NCBI GenBank assembly: GCA_040954595.2
Contig: CM082580.2
Span: 2,160,783-2,224,782, forward strand
Reading direction: 5' to 3'
Origin: Balanoglossus misakiensis
Taxonomy: Eukaryota > Animalia > Hemichordata
Length of the DNA stretch: 64,000 nt
Shown here: positions 62,769-64,000 of the stretch, one piece after another
Layout of the letters: each line of letters opens with the position of its first letter
How positions within the stretch are numbered: the first letter of the stretch is position 1
Notes under the pieces: model-generated
What the model saw: only the letters and a program-made list of their open reading frames with translations
The model's database searches: none
What the model was told of the DNA's origin: nothing
Program-made: the position numbers and the translations under genes

Positions 62769-64000
62769 ACAAACAAATTATGAACAGAAATTCTTACCCA
62801 TCTGTAATTTTTAGCAATATATATGTATTATTTGAGATCATGATTCCTGCGACTGAGTATTTAGGCACTGCTTTATTCTACCAATAAGTCTCACCACATT
62901 GATGTAGTGTTCTTGGATTTGCAAAAAGTCCATGGAAAGTCAAGTCTTTGTATTATTTCATTGTCCTCTCTAGAAATGTAAGGGTTAAATAAAAAGTGGT
63001 GCCACAACAGTGCATTTTGTACCTTGACTTAATCCTTTTTTCACTGTTGTCATACTAGCAGCAGTAACCACAATAAGAAACAAATAAGAAATGTTATGAT
63101 TTTTCATCCTTATTTATTTAATCATAGTAAGACAGTACATGTAATTCAGCTTACATGCAAAACTTTTATTTCTATTCAAAATAAATAACAATATACATAC
63201 TTACAAATCTGTCTCTGCATTTTTAATTTTGTGTATGTTTCAAGTTCATTCCCCCCAACTGTCCTTGGTAGAGCATAATCATGTTAAGTCGTGTCAGAAA
63301 TATTGTGAGGTTCAATCCAACCTACCTACCCTATTTTGAAATTGCCATTATCGGAACCACACAATTAACACAGATTTGTTTGTTTTAGCCATGCGCCCCA
63401 CTGCCTTGTGGGTAATGAGTCAGTGATTATACAGAAGTTAGCAGTCTTGGGACCCATGGCAAAAACAAACAAATCTGTACAACTTTCAATGTTCAATTTC
63501 TCGCTTATCACGCACAGTGTAAGAGATACAGAACTAAGAAAGGACACTACAAGGAGTTAAGTTTATGAAAATATACGTATTTTGTGGCTATTTGTTCCCC
63601 TTTAATCATGCAGTTATCAAGTCATTTCAATAATATGTACAACACATGACTTTACACTTTATCCATAGACAATATCCCTCTATACTCTATGCTTTATCTA
63701 AACTAAACATGACAGCTGCAAGTACTAGTACATTATCATGGGAGTGAAACCATTTCTGAAATCAACATCAGTTACAGTATTGTGAAATCTGCAGTAGACA
63801 TGCCTGGAATTCGGAAACAGAAATGAGCGAAATCAAAATGTCACTTAATGCATCATACATTTCATACACTTGAGCTTTGAAATACAATTTGATATCATAA
63901 TCAACCACATCACAGGCCACTTTTTTGCGGACTTTAATTATACAAAGGCCCTATGATAGTCGAGGACAGCACTACCAGCCAATCAGATTACCCGTAACAT

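Noticed and set aside
62800-64000. Partner nuclease gene of the second ISL2EU-type transposase
   Set aside because: No YqaJ or SWIM motifs are recognisable in the minus-strand frames.

Overview
AT-rich, intron-containing animal DNA, probably from a marine invertebrate (inferred from its repeat families). Bases 1-21274 are a stack of decayed DNA transposons. An AcademH element (RecQ-like helicase plus DUF6589-type transposase, right end at 10620) carries two nested Helentron-type HINEs. An ISL2EU element follows (10701-21274; THAP-DDE transposase plus SAP-SWIM-YqaJ nuclease). It is split by a Kolobok-type insert, which itself holds an AcademH MITE, and by a fold-back IS3EU element. Bases 22761-35900 hold an apparently intact 7-exon mARC gene, a convergent claudin/PMP22-like gene and an intron-retaining INTS10 pseudogene. 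Bases 40783-57498 hold the 3' part of a transposon-disrupted GMC oxidoreductase and a 5'-truncated LINE, largely repeated in a near-identical 8.3 kb tandem duplication. Bases 59113-60635 hold four clean exons of a BRICHOS-domain precursor ending in KR|DCKLYCALSVLCWPVCD, an unusual non-cationic four-Cys hairpin peptide and the most novel-looking item. A second degraded ISL2EU-type transposase ends the window. All calls come from manual reading and translation; no database search was run.
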